From an uncultured cyanobacterium (GTDB taxonomy: Bacteria > Cyanobacteriota > Cyanobacteriia > Phormidesmidales > Phormidesmidaceae): a stretch of DNA of 64,000 nucleotides. Shown here piece by piece: positions 51,891 to 63,542 of this stretch. The position numbers and the translations under genes were made by a program. The notes under the pieces were generated by a model, which had not been told where the DNA came from, ran no database searches, and saw nothing but the letters and a program-made list of their open reading frames with translations. The DNA lies in contig CAWBZI010000004.1 of NCBI GenBank assembly GCA_963793265.1, positions 256,001-320,000 of the forward strand, written 5' to 3'. Position 1 is the first letter of the stretch; each line of letters begins with the position of its first letter.

Positions 51891-52832
51891 TTGGCTTCTA
51901 AATCGTCTGCTAGATCTCGTCGAAAAATTGAATCCGATAGCTCTGCTGTTCGTTCCTCGGCTAATTCTCTTATTAGTCCCCCAGTTAGTCCTAAGAGGCC
52001 GTGTCGGGTGACGGTGACTGAGCCGGGTTGGCAGGGGGCAAGAACGGCTGCGATCGCTGCCGGATGCAGTAGCGTTTCAGACATGCTCGAAAAGCTAGGC
52101 AGCGGCGAACTATCTATTATTGCGAGTGACGATATTGGGCCCGCTTCTCAACCCAATTCTCCTCAGCCCGCTCCGCAGCACATCCATATTCACACGTCAG
52201 CAGCTAAGGAACCTTCAGAAAACAAAGATAGCGATACGCTGCCACTATCAGGCACTTCCTTGCCAAGGCTGATTGTCACAGGTGCGTGTGCGGCGATTAT
52301 CGTTGGCTCTCTACTCTACATTGCCGACCGCATTATCACTATCACCGCTGACGTGATCACGGGTAAAGAAAATATAGAAGACATCATCACGCCTAAAACG
52401 GGCGAAATAGTCGCTGGCTATGACGTGAGCGACGAATACGGTATCCGGCCTTTTCATCCAGTGACTGGCGAGCCAAACGTGCCTCACAACGGCGTCGATT
52501 TAGCCACGCCTATCGGCACCCCGATTCATGCAGTCGGTAAGCCCGGCGATACCACAACTGTCAAATGCTGGTGGGATGACGGCGGCGGTGGCTGGGTTGT
52601 TAATCAAACGGCTGACTCTTTTCCGGGCTATACGTTTCAGTCATTGCACATGTCTCCTAACGGCTGCAAAGAAGGTGAGTCTGAAGCGGGAGAGGTGATT
52701 GCTTTTTCAGGAAATAGCGGAATAGGTACCGGAGCCCATTACGACTTTCGCGTGAAGATAGACGGTAAGTATGTACCGCCCGCTACTAAATATTTAGAGT
52801 CTGCGATGACAGGTGAGCCGCCGAAGGAGTAG
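51891..52832 (+). CDS. M23 family metallopeptidase with TM helix and N-terminal RHH-like segment
   Basis: R.HPVTG, HNGVDLATPIGTP, GGGG, LHM, SGNSGIGTGAHYDF; start uncertain. Confidence 0.75.
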   Translation: MASKSSARSRRKIESDSSAVRSSANSLISPPVSPKRPCRVTVTEPGWQGARTAAIAAGCSSVSDMLEKLGSGELSIIASDDIGPASQPNSPQPAPQHIHIHTSAAKEPSENKDSDTLPLSGTSLPRLIVTGACAAIIVGSLLYIADRIITITADVITGKENIEDIITPKTGEIVAGYDVSDEYGIRPFHPVTGEPNVPHNGVDLATPIGTPIHAVGKPGDTTTVKCWWDDGGGGWVVNQTADSFPGYTFQSLHMSPNGCKEGESEAGEVIAFSGNSGIGTGAHYDFRVKIDGKYVPPATKYLESAMTGEPPKE

Positions 52833-52910
52833 CGCCATTCTTTTGGAGGGTGGGTGAGATACGATGTAGTTAGTTCAGCGGTGTGCGATCGCCGTACAAG
52901 GGCTCAACCG

Positions 52911-53489
52911 ATGGTTCAAACAAAAATACGGTTTTTTAGCTTTGAAGAGTATTTGGCTTACGAAGACGAGAGCGATAAGCTGTACGAACTCTTTAATGGA
53001 GAGCTGATTGAATTGGCACCAGAATCTGGGAAAAACATAGGAATCGCTGGTTTTTTATTCCTCACATTTGCAGCAATCGTCGATCATTTGCAGGTCAGAG
53101 GGCATGGACTAGAACTCGAAGTTCGTGGTGAACCCAGGAATCGATATCCTGACCTGACAATCATTCGTGAAGAACATATCGATCTTATCGCCAAACGTAA
53201 TACTATTCGATTGACGATGCCGCCACCGTTGCTAGTAATTGAGGTGGTGAGTCCTGGTAGCCTGCAACGTGACAGAGACTACATTGCCAAACGCACACAG
53301 TACGAAGATGCTGGTATTGGCGAATACTGGATTGTAGATCCGACGCTTGGGCGAGTTACCGTACTGGCGATGCAAGATGGTGTTTACGTAGAATCAGGCG
53401 TCTTTGAAGGAACCCAGACTATTGAGAGCCCTTCTTTCCCTAATTTAATAACAACTGTGAGCGCAGTGCTCAGCGCTGGAAAGTCTTAG
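52911..53489 (+). CDS. Uma2 family endonuclease-like protein
   Basis: SFEEYL, NRYPDL, LVIEVVSPG, RDYIAKR.QY...GIGEYWIVDP. Confidence 0.88.
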   Translation: MVQTKIRFFSFEEYLAYEDESDKLYELFNGELIELAPESGKNIGIAGFLFLTFAAIVDHLQVRGHGLELEVRGEPRNRYPDLTIIREEHIDLIAKRNTIRLTMPPPLLVIEVVSPGSLQRDRDYIAKRTQYEDAGIGEYWIVDPTLGRVTVLAMQDGVYVESGVFEGTQTIESPSFPNLITTVSAVLSAGKS

Positions 53490-53490
53490 T

Positions 53491-53688
53491 TTACTGTTGC
53501 TTTTTCCAGTCATCTGTCAGCATTCCTGCATATCCCCAGTTTTCTTCTTCTATTTCTTGAATAACAATATGAATGTGCTCTGGCTTTTTGCCTAGCACAC
53601 GAACTAAAGCGTCCGTCATATCTTTGACTAGCTCAGCTTTCTGCGCTCTGCTGGCACCTGTTGTAATTTGCAAATTAAGGTAGGGCAT
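53491..53688 (-). CDS. 4-oxalocrotonate tautomerase family protein
   Basis: Catalytic Pro1 (MPY...), QKAEL, VLGK.PE.IHIVI.E...ENWG. Confidence 0.88.
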   Translation of the reverse strand: MPYLNLQITTGASRAQKAELVKDMTDALVRVLGKKPEHIHIVIQEIEEENWGYAGMLTDDWKKQQ

Positions 53689-53703
53689 TTCTCTTTTGTG
53701 AAT

Positions 53704-53739
53704 AAAAAGCCTCCACCTTTGAAGAAAGAGGGAGGCTTT
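53704..53739. terminator. Terminator hairpin after glgP
   Basis: AAAGCCTCC...GGAGGCTTT; T run on the minus strand. Confidence 0.6.
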
Positions 53740-53789
53740 GGTAACCGTTACGAGATCAGTCTTTTATCAGACCAATCCAACAAATTCAA

Positions 53790-56342
53790 CTATAGACGAG
53801 CGCTGTTGTCTGTGAGCATTGTGAGTGTTTTGAAATATTCTTTTAGCTCTACAGGCACGGGCTTGATGTTCCAAATTTGATCGCAGTACTCTTGGATAGA
53901 GCGGTCAGAGGAGAACTTACCCATCCGCGCAGAGTTAAGAATAGACATCCGCACCCACTTGTCTTGATCCTGATAAGCCTTGCTGACTTCCGCCTGACAG
54001 TCAACATAGGCTTGATAGTCGGCTAAAACCATAAAGCGATCTTGATTTAGCAGGTTGTCGATGAGCGGCTTAAATAGCTCAGTATCACCACTCGAAAAGA
54101 GCCCTGAGTTAATCAGCTTAATGACAGCTTGCAAGTCTCCATTTTGGTTGTAGTAGTCACGCGGGTTGTAGCCCTGCGCTTTTAGCTCAGCGACCTCATG
54201 AGCCTGAAGGCCAAAGAGGAAGAAGTTGTCGTCACCGACTTCTTCGCGAATCTCTACGTTAGCGCCGTCGAGTGTCCCAATTGTGAGCGCGCCGTTCATG
54301 GCGAACTTCATGTTGCCGGTACCGGAAGCCTCAAAACCTGCGGTAGAAATTTGCTCAGAGAGGTCGGAGGCTGGATAGATGGGCTGAGCGTTGGTGACGT
54401 TGTAGTTAGGGTAGAAAATCACCTTGAGCTGGTCGCGCACGGCAGGGTCGCGATTGACTACGCGGCCTACAGAGGTGATGAGCTTGATAATTAGCTTGGC
54501 CATGAAGTAACCTGGCGCAGCTTTACCGGCAAAGATAAAGGTGCGTGGGACGATATTCATCCCTGGGTTGTTTTTAAGCTTGTTGTACAGTGAGATGATA
54601 TGCAGGGCGTTGAGCTGCTGTCTCTTGTACTCGTGCATCCGCTTGATTTGCACGTCGAACATTGAAGTTGGGCTGACTTTCACGCCAGTTGCTTTTTCAA
54701 TGCGAGCTGCCAGGATTTCCTTATTGGCCTGCTTAATCTGACGCCATTCGGTACGGAAGCCGGGGTCGTCGGCAAAGGCTTCTAGCTTTTTAAGCTGGTC
54801 GAGGTGGGTGGGCCACTCAGTACCGATGCGCTGGTTAATCAGGCGGCTGAGCTTGGGGTTGCTGAGCACCATCCAGCGGCGGGGGGTAACGCCGTTGGTT
54901 TCGTTGATGAATTTTTCAGGGAAGAGCTGGAAGAAGTCGTTGAGGACAGTTTGCTTGAGCAATTCGGTGTGGAGGGCTGCAACGCCGTTGATGGCATGAG
55001 AGCCGACGCAGGCTAGGTTGGCCATGCGGACGTAGCGACCGCCGCTTTCGTCGATGATGGACATGCGCTCTAGCTTCTGGTTGTCTTGACCAAACTTGAG
55101 CCGTACGTCTTCGAGGAAGATGCGGTTGATCTCAAAGATGATTTCGAGGTGGCGAGGCAGCAGGGAGCCAAACAGATCAATTGGCCAGCGTTCCAGGGCC
55201 TCGGGGAGGAGCGTGTGGTTGGTGTAGGCGAGGGTTTTTTGAGTGATTTCCCAGGCTTTATCCCAGTTCATTTGATGCTCGTCAACGAGCAGGCGCATGA
55301 GTTCGGCCACGGCGATCGCAGGGTGCGTATCGTTCATTTGCGCGGTGTACTTTTCAGGGAAGCTCTCTAGCGGTGAGCCTTCGACTTCCATAATCCGAAT
55401 CATGTCTTGCAGCGAGCAGGAGACGAAGAAGTACTGCTGCTCCAGGCGTAACTGCTTGCCTTCTAGGTGCTCGTCGTTAGGGTAGAGAACTTTTGAGATA
55501 TTCTCGGAGACGATCTTGGAGTTGACCGCGCCGTAGTAGTCGCCTTGGTTGAAGGCGTTGAAGTCGAACGCATCGGGAGATTCGGCTTTCCACAGGCGGA
55601 GGGTGTTGGCGGTGTTGACGTTGTAGCCGAGGATAGGGGTGTCGTAGGGGACGCCTTTGACAATGCGATCGCTCACCCACTCAACCCGGTAGTTCCCATT
55701 CACATCGGTATAGGCTTTGGTATAGCCGCCGAGCTTCACAGGCGCTGACCATTCGGGCCTAGCGACTTCCCAGGGGTTGCCGTTAGCAAGCCACTTGTCA
55801 GTTTTTTCAACCTGCCAGCCGTCCTGCAACTCCTGCTTAAAGATGCCGAACTCGTAGCGGATACCATAGCCCAAAGACGGGATTTGTAGCGTAGCCATCG
55901 AATCAAGATAGCAGGCGGCCAGGCGACCTAAACCACCGTTACCCAAGCCAGGCTCTTGCTCTTGGGCCATAATCTCGGACAGGCTGAGGCCCAGGTCGGC
56001 CATAGCACTCTCGACCACTTCGTACAGGCCCAGGTTGATGAGGTTATTGCCGAGGTATGGCCCCATCAAAAACTCGGCTGAGAGATAGACGGCGGTGCGA
56101 GCCTGCTGCTTGCGGTAGGTGCTCGCGGTGCTGAGCCAGTGATGGAGCATGCGATCGCGCACCGTATACGCTAACGCCATGTAATAGTCTTGCAGGGTCG
56201 CAATTTCGGGCGACTTTCCTTGCACATAAAACAGGTTATCTAAAAAAGCGCGCTTTAGAATATCTGGCGTCAGTCCTGTCCGGTCGTCTTCCGTAGGACA
56301 AGAAGGATGCAAGGGCATGGTGTCGAGTTCTTTTGATTGCAT
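53790..56342 (-). CDS. glgP: Glycogen phosphorylase
   Basis: GLGNGGLGRLAAC, NDTHP, KRMHEYKRQ, EASGTGNMK (PLP Lys), FSSDRSI. Confidence 0.97.
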   Translation of the reverse strand: MQSKELDTMPLHPSCPTEDDRTGLTPDILKRAFLDNLFYVQGKSPEIATLQDYYMALAYTVRDRMLHHWLSTASTYRKQQARTAVYLSAEFLMGPYLGNNLINLGLYEVVESAMADLGLSLSEIMAQEQEPGLGNGGLGRLAACYLDSMATLQIPSLGYGIRYEFGIFKQELQDGWQVEKTDKWLANGNPWEVARPEWSAPVKLGGYTKAYTDVNGNYRVEWVSDRIVKGVPYDTPILGYNVNTANTLRLWKAESPDAFDFNAFNQGDYYGAVNSKIVSENISKVLYPNDEHLEGKQLRLEQQYFFVSCSLQDMIRIMEVEGSPLESFPEKYTAQMNDTHPAIAVAELMRLLVDEHQMNWDKAWEITQKTLAYTNHTLLPEALERWPIDLFGSLLPRHLEIIFEINRIFLEDVRLKFGQDNQKLERMSIIDESGGRYVRMANLACVGSHAINGVAALHTELLKQTVLNDFFQLFPEKFINETNGVTPRRWMVLSNPKLSRLINQRIGTEWPTHLDQLKKLEAFADDPGFRTEWRQIKQANKEILAARIEKATGVKVSPTSMFDVQIKRMHEYKRQQLNALHIISLYNKLKNNPGMNIVPRTFIFAGKAAPGYFMAKLIIKLITSVGRVVNRDPAVRDQLKVIFYPNYNVTNAQPIYPASDLSEQISTAGFEASGTGNMKFAMNGALTIGTLDGANVEIREEVGDDNFFLFGLQAHEVAELKAQGYNPRDYYNQNGDLQAVIKLINSGLFSSGDTELFKPLIDNLLNQDRFMVLADYQAYVDCQAEVSKAYQDQDKWVRMSILNSARMGKFSSDRSIQEYCDQIWNIKPVPVELKEYFKTLTMLTDNSARL

Positions 56343-56554
56343 AGGTCACTATGGAAAGATAAGGGACAGAAAAATAAGGGGCCAAAAAAGGTGACGCTCG
56401 TCATTAGGCGTAAGTCTAAGGGTATACCTAGATTTCGCGACTAAGGATGAACCTATATAAAGTCATAAGATATGGCAAAGAACGGTCAATTTCGCTACCA
56501 GTAACAGGCTCTAACCCTCTCCTCGTGGTCATTTGACAGACTTAGCGCGTAAAC

Positions 56555-56586
56555 AACCCGCCAAAGCTATGAAAACCTGGCGGGTT
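56555..56586 (-). terminator. Probable terminator after ilvC
   Basis: AACCCGCCA...TGGCGGGTT inverted repeat. Confidence 0.5.
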
Positions 56587-56628
56587 ATCTACTTATTCAG
56601 ACGCTTTGAGCGGTTCAGCCGTTATCAG

Positions 56629-57630
<1,002 letters not shown>

Positions 57631-57779
57631 TCAGTCTCCTTAAACTGCGGGGCTTCAGCGTTTTACTTCTGAAGGGGGATGGATGGGGTCAGCGTTTGAT
57701 CTTATCAAACTGGGGGATTGGGGGGTAGTGGGGTGGTGGGGCGATCAGTACAGAAGATGCTGATAGAGGTTAAGAGCGG

Positions 57780-58193
57780 CTAAGGAATGATGACTGGAAT
57801 AGGGGCATCTCGATTCTTTCGATAGATTTGAAAATCGCTATCCAGCGTGAAAACAGAGCTTCGAGGATACAGCTCAGCCATGCGGACAAGTTCTGCGTCA
57901 GCCAGCGATACTGGAACTGATTGATATTGCCTCATCAAACTTACAGTTGAAAGCAATTCTGTATTTAGATCAAAGTGGATGACGACTTGTTTCTGTTCTA
58001 AAAGTAGAAGCAGTGCATCTCTTCCATTTCTAACTCGCTTTAGTAGAAACCACGCTTCTGAAATGACAGCCTCGCAGGTGAGTAAGGGCGGTGCTATTTC
58101 GTTTAGCTGTTCACTCACCCATTTGTGATGGCGATCGCGCTTATCAATCAAGGCGATAAGGACGCCAGTGTCAACAATTACCTGCTCAAGCAC
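57780..58193 (-). CDS. VapC/PIN toxin
   Basis: IVDTGVLIA, TCEAVISEA, SLADA, FTLDSDF. Confidence 0.88.
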   Translation of the reverse strand: MLEQVIVDTGVLIALIDKRDRHHKWVSEQLNEIAPPLLTCEAVISEAWFLLKRVRNGRDALLLLLEQKQVVIHFDLNTELLSTVSLMRQYQSVPVSLADAELVRMAELYPRSSVFTLDSDFQIYRKNRDAPIPVIIP

Positions 58194-58432
58194 TATTGCC
58201 CGTATCCTTCCATGTAAACTGAATTTGTGGAGAGATCTCCAGGCCCTTCGCCCATTCCTACAACAGTTTGAGCTACCTCCAAGAATGACTGGGGAGCCGC
58301 GTTAGCCTCTTTGTTAGGTTCCAACTTTTGGCGTTTAGTCTTCAGAAACTCTACAAAGTCTAAAATCTGCTGCTGATCCTCTTCAGGCAATACTTCAACA
58401 GTTTGTAAGATTTGTTGAGATAGCGGCGACAT
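58193..58432 (-). CDS. Antitoxin (DUF2281-like)
   Basis: LPEEDQQQILDFVEFL; GPGDLSTN..YMEGYG; overlaps PIN start. Confidence 0.75.
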   Translation of the reverse strand: MSPLSQQILQTVEVLPEEDQQQILDFVEFLKTKRQKLEPNKEANAAPQSFLEVAQTVVGMGEGPGDLSTNSVYMEGYGQ

Positions 58433-58474
58433 TATTGTAATCTCCTTCTTTCAATCTGTTCAATCTGAGAGTAC

Positions 58475-59929
58475 TCAAAGCTTTGGCTGTTGCTTATGCC
58501 AGTCAGTAGACTGCTCATAAGCGGAGCCCATTTCAAACAACAAGTCCTCGCGCAAAACGTTACTCACAAGCTGTAGGCCAATTGGCATTCCATCATCGTC
58601 AAAGCCACAGGGAACGCTCATACCTGGAAGCCCTGCCATGTTGACTGGAATCGTCATCAGATCGAGCAGATACATGCTGAGCGGATCGTCTTTGTCTCCG
58701 GCCTTAAACGCTGTTGTCGGCACGGTTGGGCTTACAAGCACATCAACGTCTTTAAATGCTGCGTCAAAGTCTTGCTTGATCAGCGTTCTTACCTTTTGCG
58801 CCTTGAGATAGAAGGCATCGTAGTAACCTGCCGATAGGGCATAGGTGCCGATCATGATGCGCCGCTTTACCTCATCGCCAAATCCTTCGGCGCGAGTTTT
58901 GTTGTACATCGAGAGTAGATTTGGTTCGTTGGCACGGAGGCCATAGCGTACGCCGTCGTAGCGGGCTAGGTTGGCTGAGGCTTCGCAGGGCGCAATGATG
59001 TAGTAGGCCGATACGCCGTAGTCGAACTTGGGGCACGAGATGGTTTTGACTTCAGCGCCTAGTGTTTTGAGCTGTTCGATGGCAGTGGTGACTGCATCGC
59101 CTACTTTGTTGTCTAGTCCGTCGCCAAAGGTTTCTTTGATGATGCCGACGGTGCGGCCTTTGAGGGGCTGCTTGGTGTCTTTTTTGAGGGACTTTGTGTA
59201 GTCGGGGATTTTGACCTTGAGGCTGGTGGCGTCTTTGGGATCGTGTCCGGCGATCGCACCCAACAATATTGCCGTATCCTCCACCGTGCGCCCAAACGGC
59301 CCAATTTGATCTAAAGACGAAGCAAACGCCACCAAACCAAATCGTGATACCAGCCCATAGGTAGGTTTCATGCCGACAATGCCGCAAAAAGAGGCGGGCT
59401 GACGAATAGATCCGCCCGTGTCTGAGCCGAGTGAGATAGGGGCCTGACCGCCTGCAACAGCAGCGGCAGAACCGCCTGAGGAGCCGCCGGGGACGCGGGT
59501 AGTGTCCCAGGGATTGCCAGTGGTTTGAAATGCAGAGTTTTCTGTAGAGCCGCCCATCGCGAACTCATCTAAGTTCGTTTTGCCAATGAAAACGGCTCCG
59601 GCATCGTCGAGCTTGCCGGTGACGGTCGATTCGTAGGGGGGAATGAAATTTTCAAGGATCTTAGAGCTGCAGGTGGTGCGAATGCCTTTGGTGCAAAGGT
59701 TGTCTTTGAGGGCAATGGGGATACCTGCCAATAGGCCGATGCTTTCGCCCGCTGCAATTTTTTCATCCACCGCTTGTGCCTGCGCTAGTGCCTTTTCGGC
59801 GGTCAGCGTTACAAAGCTTTTGAGCTTGGGTTCTACGGCCTGCGCTTGGTCGAGTTGGGCCTGAGCAATTTCGACGGCTGAGCGCTCTTTGCTCTGTAGC
59901 TGCTGGTGCAGCTCGCGAATGGCTGACAT
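58475..59929 (-). CDS. gatA: Asp/Glu-tRNA amidotransferase subunit A
   Basis: [37 protein letters not shown]; start at MSAIREL (59929). Confidence 0.96.
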   Translation of the reverse strand: MSAIRELHQQLQSKERSAVEIAQAQLDQAQAVEPKLKSFVTLTAEKALAQAQAVDEKIAAGESIGLLAGIPIALKDNLCTKGIRTTCSSKILENFIPPYESTVTGKLDDAGAVFIGKTNLDEFAMGGSTENSAFQTTGNPWDTTRVPGGSSGGSAAAVAGGQAPISLGSDTGGSIRQPASFCGIVGMKPTYGLVSRFGLVAFASSLDQIGPFGRTVEDTAILLGAIAGHDPKDATSLKVKIPDYTKSLKKDTKQPLKGRTVGIIKETFGDGLDNKVGDAVTTAIEQLKTLGAEVKTISCPKFDYGVSAYYIIAPCEASANLARYDGVRYGLRANEPNLLSMYNKTRAEGFGDEVKRRIMIGTYALSAGYYDAFYLKAQKVRTLIKQDFDAAFKDVDVLVSPTVPTTAFKAGDKDDPLSMYLLDLMTIPVNMAGLPGMSVPCGFDDDGMPIGLQLVSNVLREDLLFEMGSAYEQSTDWHKQQPKL

Positions 59930-60201
59930 AGCGGAATCCTTTTTCCTTTTGCTCCAGTTAGTAACCTTAGCAGCTCTGCTATCGAGATGAAACGCTAATA
60001 TTTTTTGTGCGCTTTCTCTATACGCCTTTTTGTGATCGCTACACCCTATGTATCGCAGCCGACACAACATCGCTGAGATGAAGCATTTCTATCAATAGAA
60101 GTAGATATATCTCCCGATCCCCTCTTGCCAAGAGGCAGATACAGGAACACACTTAACAGTGAAGTAAGGATGGCCTATTTCTGTAAGCTAAGGTTGATGT
60201 T

Positions 60202-61491
60202 GTGAAAAGAGTTCTTTCAATAATTTTGGGAGGCGGTGCTGGCACTCGTCTCTACCCGCTGACAAAATTTCGTGCGAAACCTGCCGTCTCCTTAGCTGGC
60301 ATGTACCGCTTAATCGATATTCCGGTTAGCAACTGTTTAAATTCTGACATTCTCAAAATCTATGTGCTGACCCAGTTCAACTCAGCCTCTCTAAACCGCC
60401 ACATTTCTAAGGCGTATAACTTTTCTACTTTCAGCGATGGCTTCGTAGAGGTGCTGGCCGCTCAGCAGACCCCCGATAGCCCAAGCTGGTTTGAGGGCAC
60501 TGCTGATGCCGTTCGCAAGTACATGTGGATGTTTGAAGAGGCCGATGTTGATGAGTTCATCATTCTATCGGGTGACCACCTTTACCGGATGGATTATGCC
60601 GATTATGTGAGAAAGCATCGGGAAAGTGGCGCGGATGTGACGCTTTCGGTAGTGCCGATTGGTTATAAAACCGCCTCTAGCTTTGGCCTGATGAAGGTGG
60701 ACGAGAACAACCGCATTGTGGAGTTTTCGGAAAAGCCCAAAGGAGAAGCGCTTGAGGCGATGAAGGTAGATACAACGGCGATGGGCCTGTCGCCTGATGA
60801 GTCGGCAGAAAAGCCTTTTATTGCGTCTATGGGGATCTATGTGTTCAAAAAGCAGGTGCTGATTGACCTGCTGAATAACTACCCCGATCAGACTGATTTT
60901 GGTAAGGAAATCATTCCGGCCTCTTCACGTGATTACAACGTGCAGGCTTATTTGTTTAAGGGCTACTGGGAAGATATTGGAACGATTGAAGCGTTCTATG
61001 AGGCCAATATTGCGCTGACGGATCAGCCAAATCCGGCGTTTAGCTTTTATAAGGAAGATGCGCCGATTTATACGCGATCGCGCTATCTCCCCCCGAGCAA
61101 GCTACAAGACTGCCAAATCACCGAGTCTATTGTCAGCGAAGGCTGCATTCTTAAAAAGTGCCGCATTCACAAATCGGTGATTGGTCTGCGTGAGCGTATC
61201 CACGCGGGCTGCGAAATTGATCACGCTTTGATCATCGGCTGCGACTACTACGAAAATATGGACGAAACCGGTCAGTTTCCTGACGGTGAGAAAATCCCGA
61301 TGGGCATTGGCGAGGGCTCTGTGATTCGTAAGGCCATTATCGATAAGAACGCACGAATTGGTAAAAACGTGCAGATTATCAATAAGGACAATGTGCAGGA
61401 AGCCGAGTGCGAAGACAAGGGCTACTACATTCGCAGCGGTATCGTCGTTGTAATTAAGAACGCGGTGATTCCTGACGGCACGATTATTTAG
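60202..61491 (+). CDS. glgC: Glucose-1-phosphate adenylyltransferase
   Basis: [38 protein letters not shown]. Confidence 0.97.
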   Translation: MKRVLSIILGGGAGTRLYPLTKFRAKPAVSLAGMYRLIDIPVSNCLNSDILKIYVLTQFNSASLNRHISKAYNFSTFSDGFVEVLAAQQTPDSPSWFEGTADAVRKYMWMFEEADVDEFIILSGDHLYRMDYADYVRKHRESGADVTLSVVPIGYKTASSFGLMKVDENNRIVEFSEKPKGEALEAMKVDTTAMGLSPDESAEKPFIASMGIYVFKKQVLIDLLNNYPDQTDFGKEIIPASSRDYNVQAYLFKGYWEDIGTIEAFYEANIALTDQPNPAFSFYKEDAPIYTRSRYLPPSKLQDCQITESIVSEGCILKKCRIHKSVIGLRERIHAGCEIDHALIIGCDYYENMDETGQFPDGEKIPMGIGEGSVIRKAIIDKNARIGKNVQIINKDNVQEAECEDKGYYIRSGIVVVIKNAVIPDGTII

Positions 61492-61511
61492 CTAACGAAC
61501 TGTATACCAAC

Positions 61512-61567
61512 AAACCCCACAGCTAAGACGTGTAAAGATACCGTCTTAGCTGTGGGGTTTTTGTTTT
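61512..61567 (+). terminator. Intrinsic terminator after glgC
   Basis: Perfect 19-bp stem AAACCCCACAGCTAAGACG / CGTCTTAGCTGTGGGGTTT plus T tail. Confidence 0.85.
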
Positions 61568-61660
61568 ACTGCGTTTGTTTTGTGAGGGCTTCGACATCTA
61601 GACTTTCGGCGGGCTGAAGCAGTCTGGTATATTCACAGAAATTCCTGGTCACAAAAGCCA

Positions 61661-63241
61661 ATGCAGCCGGATCGCTCTATTCCTGAAGACGACGACTCGC
61701 AGCAATTACCACTGGCGGCTTCTGAGAGTTCGTCTGCTACACCTGTTGCTGCAGGCCCGCTCGAAAATTTACAGCGAAGATATTCCGATCAGCTCAGTCA
61801 AGATATCGGACGGCTAGAGGCTGAGAAAGATCAGCTACAGGCAGACATTACAGCCCTAAGAATTGACTACGACAGGCTCAGTAATGAGATGCGACTGCTA
61901 CAAGCGTCTATTGAGGCGACCCGGCATGAGGCCGACGCTCAAGCTGTTGATAATAGAGCTGCTGTCAGTGGCCCTCGCCTGCCGGGCGAGCCGGTGGCTG
62001 GCCCGGCTGAACCTAATGAGCACAGGTCTGCTGAGCCCAGATTTACTGAATCTGAGCTTGCCGAACAAGCCTTAGATGATTTGCCAGCGCTCATGCCGTT
62101 ACTGCCTGGGGAGTCTACAGCGCCCCGAGCGGCTGTGAGCACAGTGCCTACACCAGAGCACTCAAGCGTAGCGTTACCAATTCCGTCAACCTCTGAGCAG
62201 CGTCGGCTGCGGCAATCGCAAAGGCAGCAGATGAGGGCGTCGTTTGGGCAGAGTCAGCGCACTAAACAGGCGGATGATCGAAAGGGTTTGGTCTTGAGTG
62301 CGATCGCTACTCTACTCATGGCTTTCCAGTTTTGCCTTATCTACTCAATTAGCCAGGGCGGTAACTGGCTCGGCGTTGTCTCAATTGGTGAGCTTGGGGT
62401 TGGCTTTATGCCAGCAGTGGCGCTGCTGTGGCTCAGAATGCTGGTGACGGTGCCCGCTTTGGTGCTGCTTGCGCCTCAGCTCTATGCGGATACCTGGCTA
62501 GACTTGCAAGACTGGATGTATCGCGGCGGGGAGTCTGATAGCGAGGGGAGTTCGCTGACGCTGCTGGTCGGTAGTGGGGTGGCGCTGTTTTTCTCTCAAG
62601 TATTTATCTACCAGTGCGTGGGGAGTGTGGGGCCGGTGGTGGGAGCGACGCTTTTGTTTCTTTATCCGCTGGTAGCCATACCTTTGGGATTTTTGTTTGG
62701 GAAGGCGCGATCGCCTACGCCGTTAGGATTAGTGGCCCTGATTGCGATCGCGATGGGCGGCATTCTGACGATTAAGCCTGCGATTACTGCTACCGAAACG
62801 CCTGCGACGCTGTGGCTCGGTATTCTAGCCAGCGTTGCCTTCAGCGTTTACATCGTGCTCACCAACATCAGCTATCAGCGGCAGTGCCATCCAATTCCCG
62901 TGGGCCTGGTTCAATTTTCTACCGTGGCCGTGCTCAGCAGCATTGTGCTGCTAGCTAAGCCTATAGAGCCTGTGAATATCGAATGGCTCAGCTTTGCCCT
63001 ATGGGGCATTTTAATCGGCGTATCTATGCTGCTGGTGTATCTATTCAACTACAGCAGTCTGCGACTGATGGGTGCGCGAACGGCCATTGTTGCCGCTGCC
63101 GTTCCATTAATGACGCTATTGCTAGCCTGGAGCTTCACGCCTATGCCTTCACTCGCTGTCATTCAGTGGACAGGTATACTGCTGGTGACTATTGGCGGTA
63201 TTGCTTTGAACCGGGAAAAGCTAGGCATTAGCAAAAGCTAG
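61661..63241 (+). CDS. SepJ/FraG-like protein: coiled coil + Pro-rich linker + DMT/EamA permease
   Basis: LQRRYSDQLSQDIGRLEAEKDQL coiled coil; P/S/E-rich linker; ~10 TM with LRMLV.VP and TLLFLYP. Confidence 0.7.
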   Translation: MQPDRSIPEDDDSQQLPLAASESSSATPVAAGPLENLQRRYSDQLSQDIGRLEAEKDQLQADITALRIDYDRLSNEMRLLQASIEATRHEADAQAVDNRAAVSGPRLPGEPVAGPAEPNEHRSAEPRFTESELAEQALDDLPALMPLLPGESTAPRAAVSTVPTPEHSSVALPIPSTSEQRRLRQSQRQQMRASFGQSQRTKQADDRKGLVLSAIATLLMAFQFCLIYSISQGGNWLGVVSIGELGVGFMPAVALLWLRMLVTVPALVLLAPQLYADTWLDLQDWMYRGGESDSEGSSLTLLVGSGVALFFSQVFIYQCVGSVGPVVGATLLFLYPLVAIPLGFLFGKARSPTPLGLVALIAIAMGGILTIKPAITATETPATLWLGILASVAFSVYIVLTNISYQRQCHPIPVGLVQFSTVAVLSSIVLLAKPIEPVNIEWLSFALWGILIGVSMLLVYLFNYSSLRLMGARTAIVAAAVPLMTLLLAWSFTPMPSLAVIQWTGILLVTIGGIALNREKLGISKS

Positions 63242-63316
63242 CGGCCACTGAATAAAAAAACTGAATAAAAAAAACGACTCGCCTAATCTCTCAGGTGAGC
63301 CGTCAATTCAATGAAA

Positions 63317-63403
63317 CGGAGAGAGAGGGATTCGAACCCTCGAACAAGTTGCCCCGTTACAGCATTTCCAGTGCTGCGCCTTCAACCACTCGGCCATCTC
63401 TCC
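63317..63403 (-). tRNA. trnS: tRNA-Ser(GGA)
   Basis: GGAGAGATGGCCGAGTGGTTGAAGGCG-CAGCA CT GGA AA TGCTG-long variable arm-GAGGGTTCGAATCCCTC-TCTCTCCG; CCA not encoded. Confidence 0.96.
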
Positions 63404-63542
63404 CTATTCAAGTGCTACGTGCGCGTTCACCGCGCCCTACAGCTACGCTATCGTATCAGAGATCGTGCGATTATAGAGGGGCCCTCTCGATAGTTTTTAG
63501 GCGCGCGCTTGCTTCACGGCTAAATCTTAGGTTGAATTTTTT

